A DNA stretch of 64,000 nt, taken from positions 3,552,001 through 3,616,000 of the forward strand of contig OZ220741.1 of NCBI GenBank assembly GCA_965116885.1, in the 5' to 3' direction. The DNA is from Candidatus Latescibacterota bacterium (GTDB lineage Bacteria > Latescibacterota > UBA2968). Made by a program: the position numbers and the translations under genes. This document shows positions 1 through 9,424 of this stretch, one piece after another; the first letter of the stretch is position 1; every line of letters starts with the position of its first letter. The notes under the pieces were generated by a model. It did not search any database, was not told the DNA's origin, and saw only the letters and a program-made list of their open reading frames with translations.

Positions 1-2002
1 CACTCTCGGCCTCAAACGTAATCTGACTGACACCATCAATATCCCCGATGTTATCGCGCCATAGAGAGATGATCTCTCCTGTCGTCATATCGTGTTCATC
101 GGGCGGTTTCATCACAATTTCTACATCGATAAAACTCCCCCCGCGCACATTGGTTTTAATCCCTTCGGCCACGCGGTAAAGGTTGTGCGCTTCAAACATG
201 CGATGGGTCGATTCGGTCACATCATGTGCAACCCGCGCAGCCTGGTCCCGCGTGGTCCCCACAGGCAATCGGATACCCGCCTCAATCTCGTCGGCAGAAA
301 CTTCGGGCATCATAATCATACCCATATGATCGCTGTATCCATAACCGCCCACCACCATCAGCAAAGCGACAGCAGATGCAATTGTAACGTACCGATGCCG
401 AATGCAGACATCCAGAAACCTGCGATAGTGTTGGTCGATAAACCGATTGAAATGGCTGGCAATAGATCGTTGCCAGCGATGCGCAGTGCCATTTACCGGC
501 GAAACAGCGCGTTTTGAAAGGTGCCCGAGGTGTGCAGGCAAAATAAACAGCGCCTCCAAAAGAGACACGGCCAGCACAGTGATCACAACCGCAGGCAATG
601 GCCACCAGAATTTTCCCGTGGTGCCGGGCATAAACAAAAGCGGCAGAAAGGCCACAATCGTAGTCAAAATGCTGAACGTAACCGGCCTGGCAATATCATG
701 TGTACCCGCAATGGCCGCCTGCATCGGGCTCATACCTCGTTCCCGATATTCATGTACATTTTCTCCCACAACAATCGCGTCATCCACGACAATGCCGAGC
801 ACCACCAAAAATGCAAACATAGAAACCATATTGATGCTCACATCAATAGCAGGCAGAAACACCAGACCGCCAATGAAAGAAATGGCCATCCCCATCATCA
901 CCCAAAATGCAAGCCGAAACTCGAGGAACATCGCCAGAATAAGCAAAACAATCACGATAGCCAGCATCCCGTTTTCGATCAGCAAAAACAACCGATCTTT
1001 GTAATCCTCTGCACTGTTGCTGTCGATCCGATACTTCACACCAGGCGGCAGGGTGGTCTCAAAATCTGCTATGATATTTTTAACGGCCTCGGCAATCTCA
1101 AGTGGCGATTGATTCCCAATCCGATAGATATCCACACCAACTGTAAGCTGCCGATTAAACCGTTCGTGAAATCCGCCTTCTTCAAAGCCATCCGTGATCT
1201 TTGCCAGGTCCGCCAGTGTAACCCCACCACCGCCTTCTGAAGGGATAATCACAATACGACCATATTCATCTGCCCACTGCTTGCGCTCTTTCATGCGCAA
1301 CAAAATTTCACCCGTACCCGTCTCCACAGAACCCGCGGGAATGTCTTCACTCGACGAAACAATCACGCGTGCCACATCGCGTAGTGTAAGACCGTATTCA
1401 CGCAACCTGTGCTGAGGAATTTCAATATGCGTCCTGTATTCTGGCACATTGCCAAGCTCGACCTGTGTAATGGTCGGATCGCTCAGCAATCGATCCCTTA
1501 GCTGTTCGGCCAGACTTCTCAGCGTGCCGATATCCACATCGCCATACAGCCCAATATCCATCACATTGCGCTGTTGTGCCCTCAGGCTGACTTCGGGTTG
1601 TTCTATATCATCGGGAAATGTCCGAATTCGATTGACTGCCTGATCGATATCCTGAAAGGCTTTCCCCCGGTTGGTGCCTGCCACCAGTTCAATGGTTACA
1701 CTCCCACGCCCCTCGCGGGCCTGCGACGTCATCTCCTCAATCCCCTGCACACCGCGCACAGCTTCTTCTATCGGCTGTAAAATCCCCTGTTCCACCTCCG
1801 CAGGTGCCGCACCCGGATAGCCCACACTGACCGAGACGATATCCAGTTCATACTGTGGATAGACCTCCTTCTGGATATGAAAAGCTGTCCAGATCCCGCC
1901 CACAATGAGGATGATCATAAACAGATTGGCCGCAATAGCATTGCGCGCCATCCAGGCAATCGGACCGCGTGCTTCTTCAAATGTATCCTGTGTCTCATTC
2001 AT
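1..2002 (-). CDS. RND efflux permease, AcrB/AcrD/AcrF family (3' part runs off the window)
   Basis: Not in the ORF track because it is truncated. Read manually as [38 protein letters not shown]..., later [13 protein letters not shown], the RND TM4 motif. The ATG overlaps the MFP stop (TGATG). Confidence 0.93.
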   Translation of the reverse strand, partial: MNETQDTFEEARGPIAWMARNAIAANLFMIILIVGGIWTAFHIQKEVYPQYELDIVSVSVGYPGAAPAEVEQGILQPIEEAVRGVQGIEEMTSQAREGRGSVTIELVAGTNRGKAFQDIDQAVNRIRTFPDDIEQPEVSLRAQQRNVMDIGLYGDVDIGTLRSLAEQLRDRLLSDPTITQVELGNVPEYRTHIEIPQHRLREYGLTLRDVARVIVSSSEDIPAGSVETGTGEILLRMKERKQWADEYGRIVIIPSEGGGGVTLADLAKITDGFEEGGFHERFNRQLTVGVDIYRIGNQSPLEIAEAVKNIIADFETTLPPGVKYRIDSNSAEDYKDRLFLLIENGMLAIVIVLLILAMFLEFRLAFWVMMGMAISFIGGLVFLPAIDVSINMVSMFAFLVVLGIVVDDAIVVGENVHEYRERGMSPMQAAIAGTHDIARPVTFSILTTIVAFLPLLFMPGTTGKFWWPLPAVVITVLAVSLLEALFILPAHLGHLSKRAVSPVNGTAHRWQRSIASHFNRFIDQHYRRFLDVCIRHRYVTIASAVALLMVVGGYGYSDHMGMIMMPEVSADEIEAGIRLPVGTTRDQAARVAHDVTESTHRMFEAHNLYRVAEGIKTNVRGGSFIDVEIVMKPPDEHDMTTGEIISLWRDNIGDIDGVSQITFEAES

Positions 2003-3201
2003 CACCGGGTATCTCCCAGGGTTTTAGGATCTTCCGCCCCAACGCTTTTCATACGCAATTCTGCACCATCAGCGACTCGAGACAAATTGGTCGTAACCAC
2101 CCGATCCTTATCTTGCAACCCATCCGATATATAAGCATAGTCGGCATCTTGAAAAACGATCTCAACAGGCTGAATTCGCAACAGACCGTCTTTCATCACC
2201 CAGACCGTATTGCCAGCCCGGATATAATCGCGTGCCAGGCGTACCACATTGGGAATTTCGTTGGCCTCAATATGCGTCTCGACAAATGCGCCAATCATCA
2301 ACGGAGATAGATGATCAGATCCATCTTGATGAGCAAGCGGGTCAGAAACGGAAATCAGTACCTGCGCCATACGCGTCTTTTCTGCCAAAGCACCAATGAG
2401 TCTGTGAAGAGAGCCTGTGCGATAAGTTCCTTTTTTTTGGGTCACGCGATTGCGAATCTGCACCAGCGATCCCTTTTCTGCCTCGCTGTTGGGAAAAGAA
2501 AGCCACGGAATTTTGGAAAGCGGAACGGTCGTCACCACCCAGTATGTATCCAGACCAACCAGACGCCCGAGATTATCGCGTGGAGAAATTAGAGAACCCA
2601 CATTGGCATTGCGACTTAAAATGTGCGCGTCAAAAGGTGCTTTAATGGTTGTTCTCTGCAATTCCAGTTCAGCCTGATTCACTGCCGCCTGTGCCGCTTC
2701 TACCCGTGCCCGAACTGCATTGAGCTGAGGTTGGCGCAGCACAAGCGCCTCAAGCTCACCCGACAGCGTCTCATTCAGAATCTGATAATCTTTCTGCGCC
2801 ACATTCTGCCGTCCCATCTCAATATTTAAATCAGCAGTGGCACGACGCAGATCGCTCTTTTTTTGCAAAAGTGCATTCTGATAATCTGCCGGATCAATCT
2901 GCAACAGTACCTGACCCTTTTTGACAAACCCACCCGGCGTAAAAGTTGATGACAGCGAAAGTACCCGTCCACCGACTTGTGGACTCAAGATGATATCCTG
3001 TTCTGCTTCAACCGTCCCCGTCGCTACAATCACAGGGCGATACGTACCGCGTTGCACCTCAAACACATCGACGAGCATCGCGGTTTTCTTAGTCGCCGCA
3101 ACGCGAGTCGCCGTAGGCTCCGTCATAAAAATCAACGCAGTAATACCTGCACCCACAACCAGAATACAAAAACAAATAATCAGTCCTTTTTTGCTATCCA
3201 C
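2002..3201 (-). CDS. RND efflux periplasmic adaptor (membrane fusion protein)
   Basis: N-terminal TM segment, lipoyl-like motifs ([27 protein letters not shown]), coiled hairpin; lies between the OMF and the permease. Confidence 0.93.
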   Translation of the reverse strand: MDSKKGLIICFCILVVGAGITALIFMTEPTATRVAATKKTAMLVDVFEVQRGTYRPVIVATGTVEAEQDIILSPQVGGRVLSLSSTFTPGGFVKKGQVLLQIDPADYQNALLQKKSDLRRATADLNIEMGRQNVAQKDYQILNETLSGELEALVLRQPQLNAVRARVEAAQAAVNQAELELQRTTIKAPFDAHILSRNANVGSLISPRDNLGRLVGLDTYWVVTTVPLSKIPWLSFPNSEAEKGSLVQIRNRVTQKKGTYRTGSLHRLIGALAEKTRMAQVLISVSDPLAHQDGSDHLSPLMIGAFVETHIEANEIPNVVRLARDYIRAGNTVWVMKDGLLRIQPVEIVFQDADYAYISDGLQDKDRVVTTNLSRVADGAELRMKSVGAEDPKTLGDTR

Positions 3202-3229
3202 GTTATGCCATCCGTTTATAATGATTTAT

Positions 3230-3332
3230 CAAATAGCCCATAAAACCCACAGCCTTTAGGCGTGGGATATGAGGGCTTGCGGTTTTGGTCTCTGCGAGTG
3301 CTTTAGCATGAGTGCTCTTTCTGCTTGACAAA
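3230..3332 (-). pseudogene. Collapsed tnpA (Y1 transposase) remnant, divergent from tnpB
   Basis: Minus strand reads LSSRKSTHA (resembles the IS200 TnpA N-terminus) joined directly to left-end-overlapping sequence (..HIPRLKAVGF..). No HUH or Y1 core remains. Confidence 0.45.
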
Positions 3333-3353
3333 AATGATACATAAGTGTATATT
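3325..3353 (+). promoter_or_regulatory. Sigma70-type promoter for tnpB
   Basis: TTGACA (3325-3330), 17-bp spacer, TATATT (3348-3353); the ATG begins at 3360. Confidence 0.7.
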
Positions 3354-3359
3354 TTACTT

Positions 3360-4484
3360 ATGTTTAAGTCATTCAAATACAGATTGCGCCCAACCAAAAA
3401 ACAAGAGAATATCTTGCTGGCGCATATTGACCAATGCCGCATTCTCTACAACCAACTTGTCTGTGCGAGAATACAAGCATGGAAAAATGAGAATAAGTCC
3501 CTCTCTCAATATGACCAGACCAAAACAATACCATTGTTAAAACAACAACACGCCGCTTTCAAGCAAGTATATAGCCAGGTATTGCAACAAGTGTCAGCAA
3601 GAGTAGATTTGGCATTCAAAGGATTCTTTCGCCGTCTCAAAGAGAAGTCAAAGACAGGCGAGAAAGCAGGCTTTCCCAGATACAAGAATGAGAATCGCTA
3701 TGATTCTATCACCTATCCTCAGTTTGCCAATGGTTGCCGATTGGACGACAAGGGCTTGCGATTGGGCAGTATAGGCTGTATTCGTGTTGTCCAGCACAGA
3801 CCGCTTGAGGGTATCCCTAAGTCTTGCACAATCACACGCACAGCAACAGGCAAGTGGTTCGCGTCTATCTCTTGCGATATTGGCGACAATGACAGGAAAA
3901 ATGACAATGGTTCTGCTGTTGGCATTGATGTGGGTCTTACGTCCTTTGCTGTGACCAGTGACGGACAGAAAATAGAGAATCAGAGATTCTTTCGCAAAGA
4001 GGAAAAGGCTCTTGCCAAAGCACAGCGCAAATGGGACGCGGTGAAAAAAAGACCCAAGATCGACGCGGTAAGAGAAAAGCGTCGTAAAGTCATTGGTAGA
4101 GTGCATGAGCGCATCCGTAACAAACGACATAACTTTGCCCATCAAGCATCAAGAAAAATAGTCAATCGCCATAGCTTCATAGCCGTAGAGAAACTGGACA
4201 TAAAAGAGATGCAGAAGAATAGGCGATTGTCTAAATCAATAGCAGACGTAGCGTGGTCCCTGTTTCGGCACTGTCTCAAATACAAAGCGGAAGAGGCTGG
4301 TATTGGATTCAAGGCCGTTGATCCTAAGCACACGTCACAAGATTGCTCTGCATGCGGACATAGAGAAAAAAAACCACTTTCTCAGCGTGTGCATCATTGC
4401 AAAGTATGTGGCTATACGACGGACAGAGACCACAACGCTGCGATAAACATATTGACGTTGGGACTACAACGTCAGGCGGATTGA
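3360..4484 (+). CDS. tnpB: RNA-guided endonuclease TnpB
   Basis: MFKSFKYRLRPT HTH start, GFPRYK, RuvC residues GIDVG / IAVEKL / DRDHNAA, Zn finger CSAC..CKVC. The ORF track starts at 3345; ATG 3360 is preferred. Confidence 0.96.
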   Translation: MFKSFKYRLRPTKKQENILLAHIDQCRILYNQLVCARIQAWKNENKSLSQYDQTKTIPLLKQQHAAFKQVYSQVLQQVSARVDLAFKGFFRRLKEKSKTGEKAGFPRYKNENRYDSITYPQFANGCRLDDKGLRLGSIGCIRVVQHRPLEGIPKSCTITRTATGKWFASISCDIGDNDRKNDNGSAVGIDVGLTSFAVTSDGQKIENQRFFRKEEKALAKAQRKWDAVKKRPKIDAVREKRRKVIGRVHERIRNKRHNFAHQASRKIVNRHSFIAVEKLDIKEMQKNRRLSKSIADVAWSLFRHCLKYKAEEAGIGFKAVDPKHTSQDCSACGHREKKPLSQRVHHCKVCGYTTDRDHNAAINILTLGLQRQAD

Positions 4485-4548
4485 CCGCCAAGAAGCCCAC
4501 TCGCAGAGAGCTTTAGCGTTGGGAGTAGTCACTACGAGCAATTTCAAA
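4400..4548 (+). ncRNA. Predicted TnpB omegaRNA (right-end scaffold plus ~16-nt guide TACGAGCAATTTCAAA); 5' boundary approximate
   Basis: Inferred from established TnpB biology: the scaffold overlaps the tnpB 3' end and right end, and the guide is the flank after TCAC (4533 onward). Confidence 0.55.
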
Positions 4549-5877
4549 ACCACCTGCGAGCGCCCGATAAAGCGCAATGCGGAATTCCAGCAAATCGAGT
4601 TTTGCAGAGATCAACGCTCGCCGGAGCCTCTGTTCGTTTGTCAGCGCGGTAAGCACGTCGAGATAATCGCTGATGCCATTTAAATACTCCAGCCTTAACT
4701 GGTCATACGTCTGCCTCACCAGAGCGACCTGCGCTTCGAGACTCGCGATACGTTCAACCTGTTTTTGTTCTTGAACCAATGCATTTTCCACTTCGGCAAA
4801 TGCCGTCAAAACCGTCTGCCCATAAGCCGAGAGTTGCGCGCTTTGGTTGGCTTGATTGCGCTTGATTTCTGCCCCCCGTTCACCGCCATCGATAACGGGT
4901 AGCAAAAGATTGCCTATCAGATTTCCCACCCAATCTTTAAACAGACCACCGCGATCATCACCCGATGCCAATGCTGTCAGGCTCAAACGCGGATACCGAT
5001 TGCTGATAGCAACCGCCACATCGCGATCCGCCGCCAGCAGCAGGTTATAAGCCCTTTTGACATCTGGACGTCGCTGAATCAACTCAACGGGCAAACCCGT
5101 ATCCGGCAGAGGTGGCAGATCTGGCAAAGCGCGATGTGTATAGGCAATTCCATCCTGAGGGGCATAGCCCGACAGAACAGCGAGCTGGTGTTCTAACACC
5201 TCGATTCTGGATTCTGTCGCGATTTTTTGTTCGCGTGTGGATTCGATCAATTGCCTTTGTCGCAAAATATCCACACTGCGAATCTGCCCACTGCCAAAAC
5301 GCGTGCGAATCAGACTCAGCACTTGCCGATTGGTCTCAATCTGATGCTCAAAGAGTTCGTGCTGATTTTGTGCTTCTATCAACTGAAAATAAGTACGCGC
5401 GACCTCTGCAGAAAGCGACAATGCCGCAGTCTGATAATCCGCCTCAGTCGCCCGCATTCGATAGCGCGCGGCATCCACACCCGAACGAATCTGCCCCCAC
5501 AGATCTATTTCGTATTCGGACGTGATGCCCAAACGGATCTGTGCATTATTTTCAGAATCGGGACGTTGAACCTCACCGCGTCCGGATACTTCCAGCGTTG
5601 GAAACCGACCAGCCCCTTCGCGATCCACAACAGCCTGTGCACTTCGCAACCGATGCCACGCTGTTTCCAAATTGAAATTGGACTGCAATGCGCGATCGAC
5701 CAGGCTGTCCATACGCGCATCTCCAAAAGCGGTCCACCACCGTTCAGAAAGCGCCTGTGAGGCATGACTGGAAAAAGCTGTGGGAGGTTCAAAAGGAAGG
5801 GTGAGATTTGCAGACCTGGGCGAACACCCAAAAACAAACGCGAGCCAGATCAAAAGAAACAAGCGAATATATAGCAT
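4513..5877 (-). CDS. Outer-membrane efflux lipoprotein (TolC/NodT family); C-terminus supplied by the IS
   Basis: Lipobox VFGC, WWTAFGD, YEIDLWG, LIQRRPDV, LYRALAGG. Start ATG 5877 (ORF track gives 5895). Confidence 0.93.
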   Translation of the reverse strand: MLYIRLFLLIWLAFVFGCSPRSANLTLPFEPPTAFSSHASQALSERWWTAFGDARMDSLVDRALQSNFNLETAWHRLRSAQAVVDREGAGRFPTLEVSGRGEVQRPDSENNAQIRLGITSEYEIDLWGQIRSGVDAARYRMRATEADYQTAALSLSAEVARTYFQLIEAQNQHELFEHQIETNRQVLSLIRTRFGSGQIRSVDILRQRQLIESTREQKIATESRIEVLEHQLAVLSGYAPQDGIAYTHRALPDLPPLPDTGLPVELIQRRPDVKRAYNLLLAADRDVAVAISNRYPRLSLTALASGDDRGGLFKDWVGNLIGNLLLPVIDGGERGAEIKRNQANQSAQLSAYGQTVLTAFAEVENALVQEQKQVERIASLEAQVALVRQTYDQLRLEYLNGISDYLDVLTALTNEQRLRRALISAKLDLLEFRIALYRALAGGFEIARSDYSQR

Positions 5878-6021
5878 GTGTAAGATAATTTCCAAATGGC
5901 CACAAACATCCGTTTCAATACAAAATGACAGCTTGTAATGTAAACTGCCACAATATAATAACCAAATAGAATTATGGGATCAAGTAACCACTTACTTATC
6001 TGCTCTGCTGATAGAGAAGCG

Positions 6022-6864
6022 TCAGGTGAGGTAGTGCGAGGGTGTTCTAAATTCGTGGGATTTCTCGTATTCGCTCGAGGGCTTCGCATTCCGAACTGTC
6101 TCGGGTACGTCACCGTCCCACCAACTGGGGGGATTGGGAAAGGAAAAGACGTCGTGCCAGGCAAGGAGTAGCGTTCGGCGTTTAGCTGTCTGGTTGGGCC
6201 ACGCGCCGTGGAGGATGCGCGCGTCTGCGATGATCAGGTCTCCTGCGTTTAAGGGGATATCTACCGCATCGGGGTAGTCTGCGAACGCGGGATGCGACAG
6301 GTCGTCGATCGCCTGAATCTCGGATCCGTGAGCCTTAGGCAGGATATCGTGCAGTTCGTGGCGTTTCCGATGGCTGCCGGGGATTATGCGGAGGCATCCA
6401 TTCTCGCGCGTGGTGTCCGTCAGGTAGTAGGACAAGAAGATGCGTATCGGCCAGGGCGTCGCGGCCTCGGGGCTCTGCCATTTCATGAAGTCCTGATGCC
6501 AGTAGAGGGGCGGGCCGTATCCGGGCTTAGATAGGATGATCACGGTGTCGTCCGATACGAGATTCTCGAGTCCAATTTGTCGGCAGGCTTCGAGTTGCGC
6601 AGGCTGATCGATGATCTCCTCGGCGATCGGATCGGGAAACCGATTCTCGGCTGTAGGCCTTCCCTCACGCCATCGGCGTTCCGTGCTAACGAAGATATCG
6701 CTGCCCTGGTACCGGATCTTGTGGGGAACTGTCACGCGTTCGAAGATGCGGTCGGACCATGTCCTGAGCCTGTCCAGCAGGTCCGTATCCATCACACCAG
6801 GTACAATGGTGTAACCCAACTCGACCAACTCCCGCCGCTTTACCAGCGCCTGCTCACTCGTCAT
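6022..6864 (-). CDS. PhyH-family Fe(II)/2-oxoglutarate dioxygenase
   Basis: WHQD, ENGCLRIIPGSH, GDLIIADARILHGA, RRTL. Confidence 0.9.
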   Translation of the reverse strand: MTSEQALVKRRELVELGYTIVPGVMDTDLLDRLRTWSDRIFERVTVPHKIRYQGSDIFVSTERRWREGRPTAENRFPDPIAEEIIDQPAQLEACRQIGLENLVSDDTVIILSKPGYGPPLYWHQDFMKWQSPEAATPWPIRIFLSYYLTDTTRENGCLRIIPGSHRKRHELHDILPKAHGSEIQAIDDLSHPAFADYPDAVDIPLNAGDLIIADARILHGAWPNQTAKRRTLLLAWHDVFSFPNPPSWWDGDVPETVRNAKPSSEYEKSHEFRTPSHYLT

Positions 6865-6883
6865 GTCTCAATCCTTTCGGTTA

Positions 6884-7774
6884 TCAGGGGTATGGTGAAC
6901 GGGGAGAAGCCTTTGCTCTTCGACTCTGCACAGCAAAACCGGCTTCTTCGAGAAGGTGTATGATTCGGTTGGCAGCTTTCATGTAGTTCTCTCGGCCGGA
7001 GACGTGGAATTTCTGAGAATGAAGCAAGTGTGGCTCTACGGTGATACAGCCTGAGTAGTTCATTTGGGAAAGGCGTTTGAAGATTTCGGGATATCCGCAT
7101 TTTCCGTCGCCAGCAATACAATAGGTGCTGGTGTCGCCAGGTTCTCGAATGTCTTTCACGTGGACATTGGTGATGTAATCTTTCACGTTTTCAAAAATGT
7201 CGATTCCAACTTCGCCATGAGCACCAAAGTTGCCGGGGTCAAAGTTGAGTCGGAAATTCGGAGAATTAACAGCTTGAAGTGCTCTTAAACATTCGGAGGC
7301 GGTGCAGACGGCGGACGTTTTATTGGGTGGATTTTCGAGTATAAGGGTTTTATTTCCCGCGGCAGCTATTTCGGTCATTGCGGTGTACATTTCAATGGCG
7401 ATTGCAAACCAGTCGGTTCCTGCGTCGCCTTTTTTATATCCCATCGTGCGCAGTAGGGTTGTGCCAACGTAGTCGGCACGTTGAACGGCGCGGGTGATGT
7501 GCGATATGTCCTGTGCGCGATTGGCTTCGTCGGGTACTGTGCGACCCACCTGACCGAGATAAGTGGTGACGGTAAAACCCCGTTCTTTGACGCGGTCTGC
7601 TACACGGATGAACGTGTCGTCATTCATCTGATCGACCATTTCACCATAGGCCGCACGCAGTTCAATAAATTTGATGCCAAGTTCATCGAGCACATCCAAA
7701 CCTTCATCCAGATCCCACGATGGACTGGGTTCGTCATTAACACCGGCAATGCAGACGGTTGGAGTTGTGTTCAT
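6884..7774 (-). CDS. Sugar phosphate isomerase/epimerase (xylose-isomerase-like TIM barrel)
   Basis: LILEN, LNFDPGN, VHVKD, ITVEPH metal-binding motifs. Confidence 0.85.
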   Translation of the reverse strand: MNTTPTVCIAGVNDEPSPSWDLDEGLDVLDELGIKFIELRAAYGEMVDQMNDDTFIRVADRVKERGFTVTTYLGQVGRTVPDEANRAQDISHITRAVQRADYVGTTLLRTMGYKKGDAGTDWFAIAIEMYTAMTEIAAAGNKTLILENPPNKTSAVCTASECLRALQAVNSPNFRLNFDPGNFGAHGEVGIDIFENVKDYITNVHVKDIREPGDTSTYCIAGDGKCGYPEIFKRLSQMNYSGCITVEPHLLHSQKFHVSGRENYMKAANRIIHLLEEAGFAVQSRRAKASPRSPYP

Positions 7775-7824
7775 AAAAACCTTCTTGATTAATTTTTGAG
7801 GTCATTAGCGTCTTCAGCGATCCC

Positions 7825-9396
7825 CTAATGCGCCCCGATCACCACCAGGTCACGCGGTGGTAACGGGAATTCCTGGAGCATGACGCGGTGCATCATTTCC
7901 TTCATTAGTTGCTGACGCGTCTGCTGGTACGCCGGATCATGCACGACGTTGACCAGTTCGTCTGGGTCCCTGGTGAGATCATAGAGTTCTTCCCCGTCAT
8001 CGCGCCCCGGCGTGACCGAGTAGCGGAACTCGCGGTTTCGCAGTGTCTCTTTCCACGGGAACTTCATGATCCCTTCATGGAAGGGCGACTCGCACAGGCC
8101 GCCGAATGACTCGGAGAATGCCGACTGCCGCCAGTCTGAAACCCGATCTCCCTTGCACAGGGGCATCAGCGAACGGCCGGTACATAGCGGATGGCCATCG
8201 CCGACTCCACGCCGCGACAGAGGCCTCGGGTGCTGTTCTATAAGTGTTTCGTGCATATCCAACACGGTAGGGCAGATGTCCTCGTGCTGCACGAAGAGGT
8301 CGCAAGTGCTGTCCCGCTTCAGGCCCGGTCCGGCTACAATCAGCGGGATGCGGATGACGGCGTCGTAGTGTCTGGCGGATTTTCCGCCCAGATTGTGGTC
8401 CATGAGCATCTCGCCGTGGTCCGACACAAAGATGAAGTAGCTGTTCTCCATTCTGCCAACCTGTTCCAGACGCTCCATGATGCGGCCGATCTGTTCGTCG
8501 AGGTGGATGAAGTCGGCGAAGTAGAGCTTGCGGTAGTAGCGCCAGTTGGGGATCTTGTCAGGCCCATTCCAGTGGTCCGTGTCGTAACCGACAGGGTCGG
8601 GGATGAGATCCTCGTTCACTCTATCTAAGAATCGCGCAGGTGGATGAAACGGGGGATGGGGCTGCACATAGCTGATGTGGGTGTATAGAGGTTGATCCGC
8701 GGGCGTTTCATCGATGAAATTCAGGGCATGTTCCGTGATCCAATTGGTTTGCGAGATCTCTTCTGGGAAGGGTAGGGGATAGTAGCCTTCGGTGCGGGTT
8801 TTGTTTCCTCCGTCATCGCCTTTAGACCACGCCATTTTTTTCTTTGCCCGGCGCATCCTTTCGGTCAGGTTGACTTTCCGCTCGCCATACGCATCGTAAT
8901 ATGGCAACTGAGAATTCCAGTTTGCCGGGGTTGCCATGATCGCATCATAGTGTTCGGGATGCTCCTTCTCGATCCAGTCGTGCCACTCGCCAGTTCGGTT
9001 GTCTTCGGTGTTGTGGACAACGTCCCAGCCATATTCCCGGTAGTCCGGGTATGGGTAGTATTCCGAGTCAAAGGGATAGAAGTGGATCTTGCCAAACGCG
9101 CCGGTTCGCCATCCGGCCATCTGCAATGTCTTCATGAAGGTGGGGATGTCGGGATTGAGTCGGTAGCCATTGGAGAGCAGGCCGTGGCCTCGGCTGGTCA
9201 GACCCGTGGCAATGCCCGCCCGGGCCGGACAGCAGACCGGGTTGTTGGAAAACGCATTGGTGAAGGTCACGCCCATGCTCTGGAGGCGTTTCAGGTTGGG
9301 CAGGCCGCAGATGCCATTCATGGCCGCTTCCAACCACTTCGCCCCCATCTGATCGACCATGAGGAAGATGACGTTGGGTTTGTTGTTTGAGCTCAT
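7825..9396 (-). CDS. Sulfatase (Cys-type)
   Basis: KPNVIFLMVDQ, CCPAR, GKIH, SDHG. Start set at MSSNNK (9396). Confidence 0.93.
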   Translation of the reverse strand: MSSNNKPNVIFLMVDQMGAKWLEAAMNGICGLPNLKRLQSMGVTFTNAFSNNPVCCPARAGIATGLTSRGHGLLSNGYRLNPDIPTFMKTLQMAGWRTGAFGKIHFYPFDSEYYPYPDYREYGWDVVHNTEDNRTGEWHDWIEKEHPEHYDAIMATPANWNSQLPYYDAYGERKVNLTERMRRAKKKMAWSKGDDGGNKTRTEGYYPLPFPEEISQTNWITEHALNFIDETPADQPLYTHISYVQPHPPFHPPARFLDRVNEDLIPDPVGYDTDHWNGPDKIPNWRYYRKLYFADFIHLDEQIGRIMERLEQVGRMENSYFIFVSDHGEMLMDHNLGGKSARHYDAVIRIPLIVAGPGLKRDSTCDLFVQHEDICPTVLDMHETLIEQHPRPLSRRGVGDGHPLCTGRSLMPLCKGDRVSDWRQSAFSESFGGLCESPFHEGIMKFPWKETLRNREFRYSVTPGRDDGEELYDLTRDPDELVNVVHDPAYQQTRQQLMKEMMHRVMLQEFPLPPRDLVVIGAH

Positions 9397-9424
9397 CGAC
9401 AAGCCTCTTATCAGGTTACATTTT

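Larger units (their letters stand above)
3230..4532 (+). mobile_element. Non-autonomous IS200/IS605-family insertion sequence (tnpB intact, tnpA collapsed)
   Basis: Left-end hairpin CCCAC-A-GCC-TTTA-GGC-GTGGG (3246-3266) preceded by guide AAAA, with TTAT at 3226-3229. Right end GAAG-CCCAC...GCTTTAGCGTTGGG-AGTAG-TCAC ends at 4532. Removing 3230-4532 restores a clean OMF stop 14 nt before the MFP start. Confidence 0.9.

Noticed and set aside
92..2134. Many short plus-strand ORFs
   Set aside because: They overlap the minus-strand RND permease that the ORF track missed because it is truncated.
3230..4532. IStron, Cas12f/CRISPR or nuclease-dead TnpB regulator
   Set aside because: Only 130 bp lie between the left end and tnpB (no group I intron), there is no repeat-spacer array, and the RuvC triad is intact.
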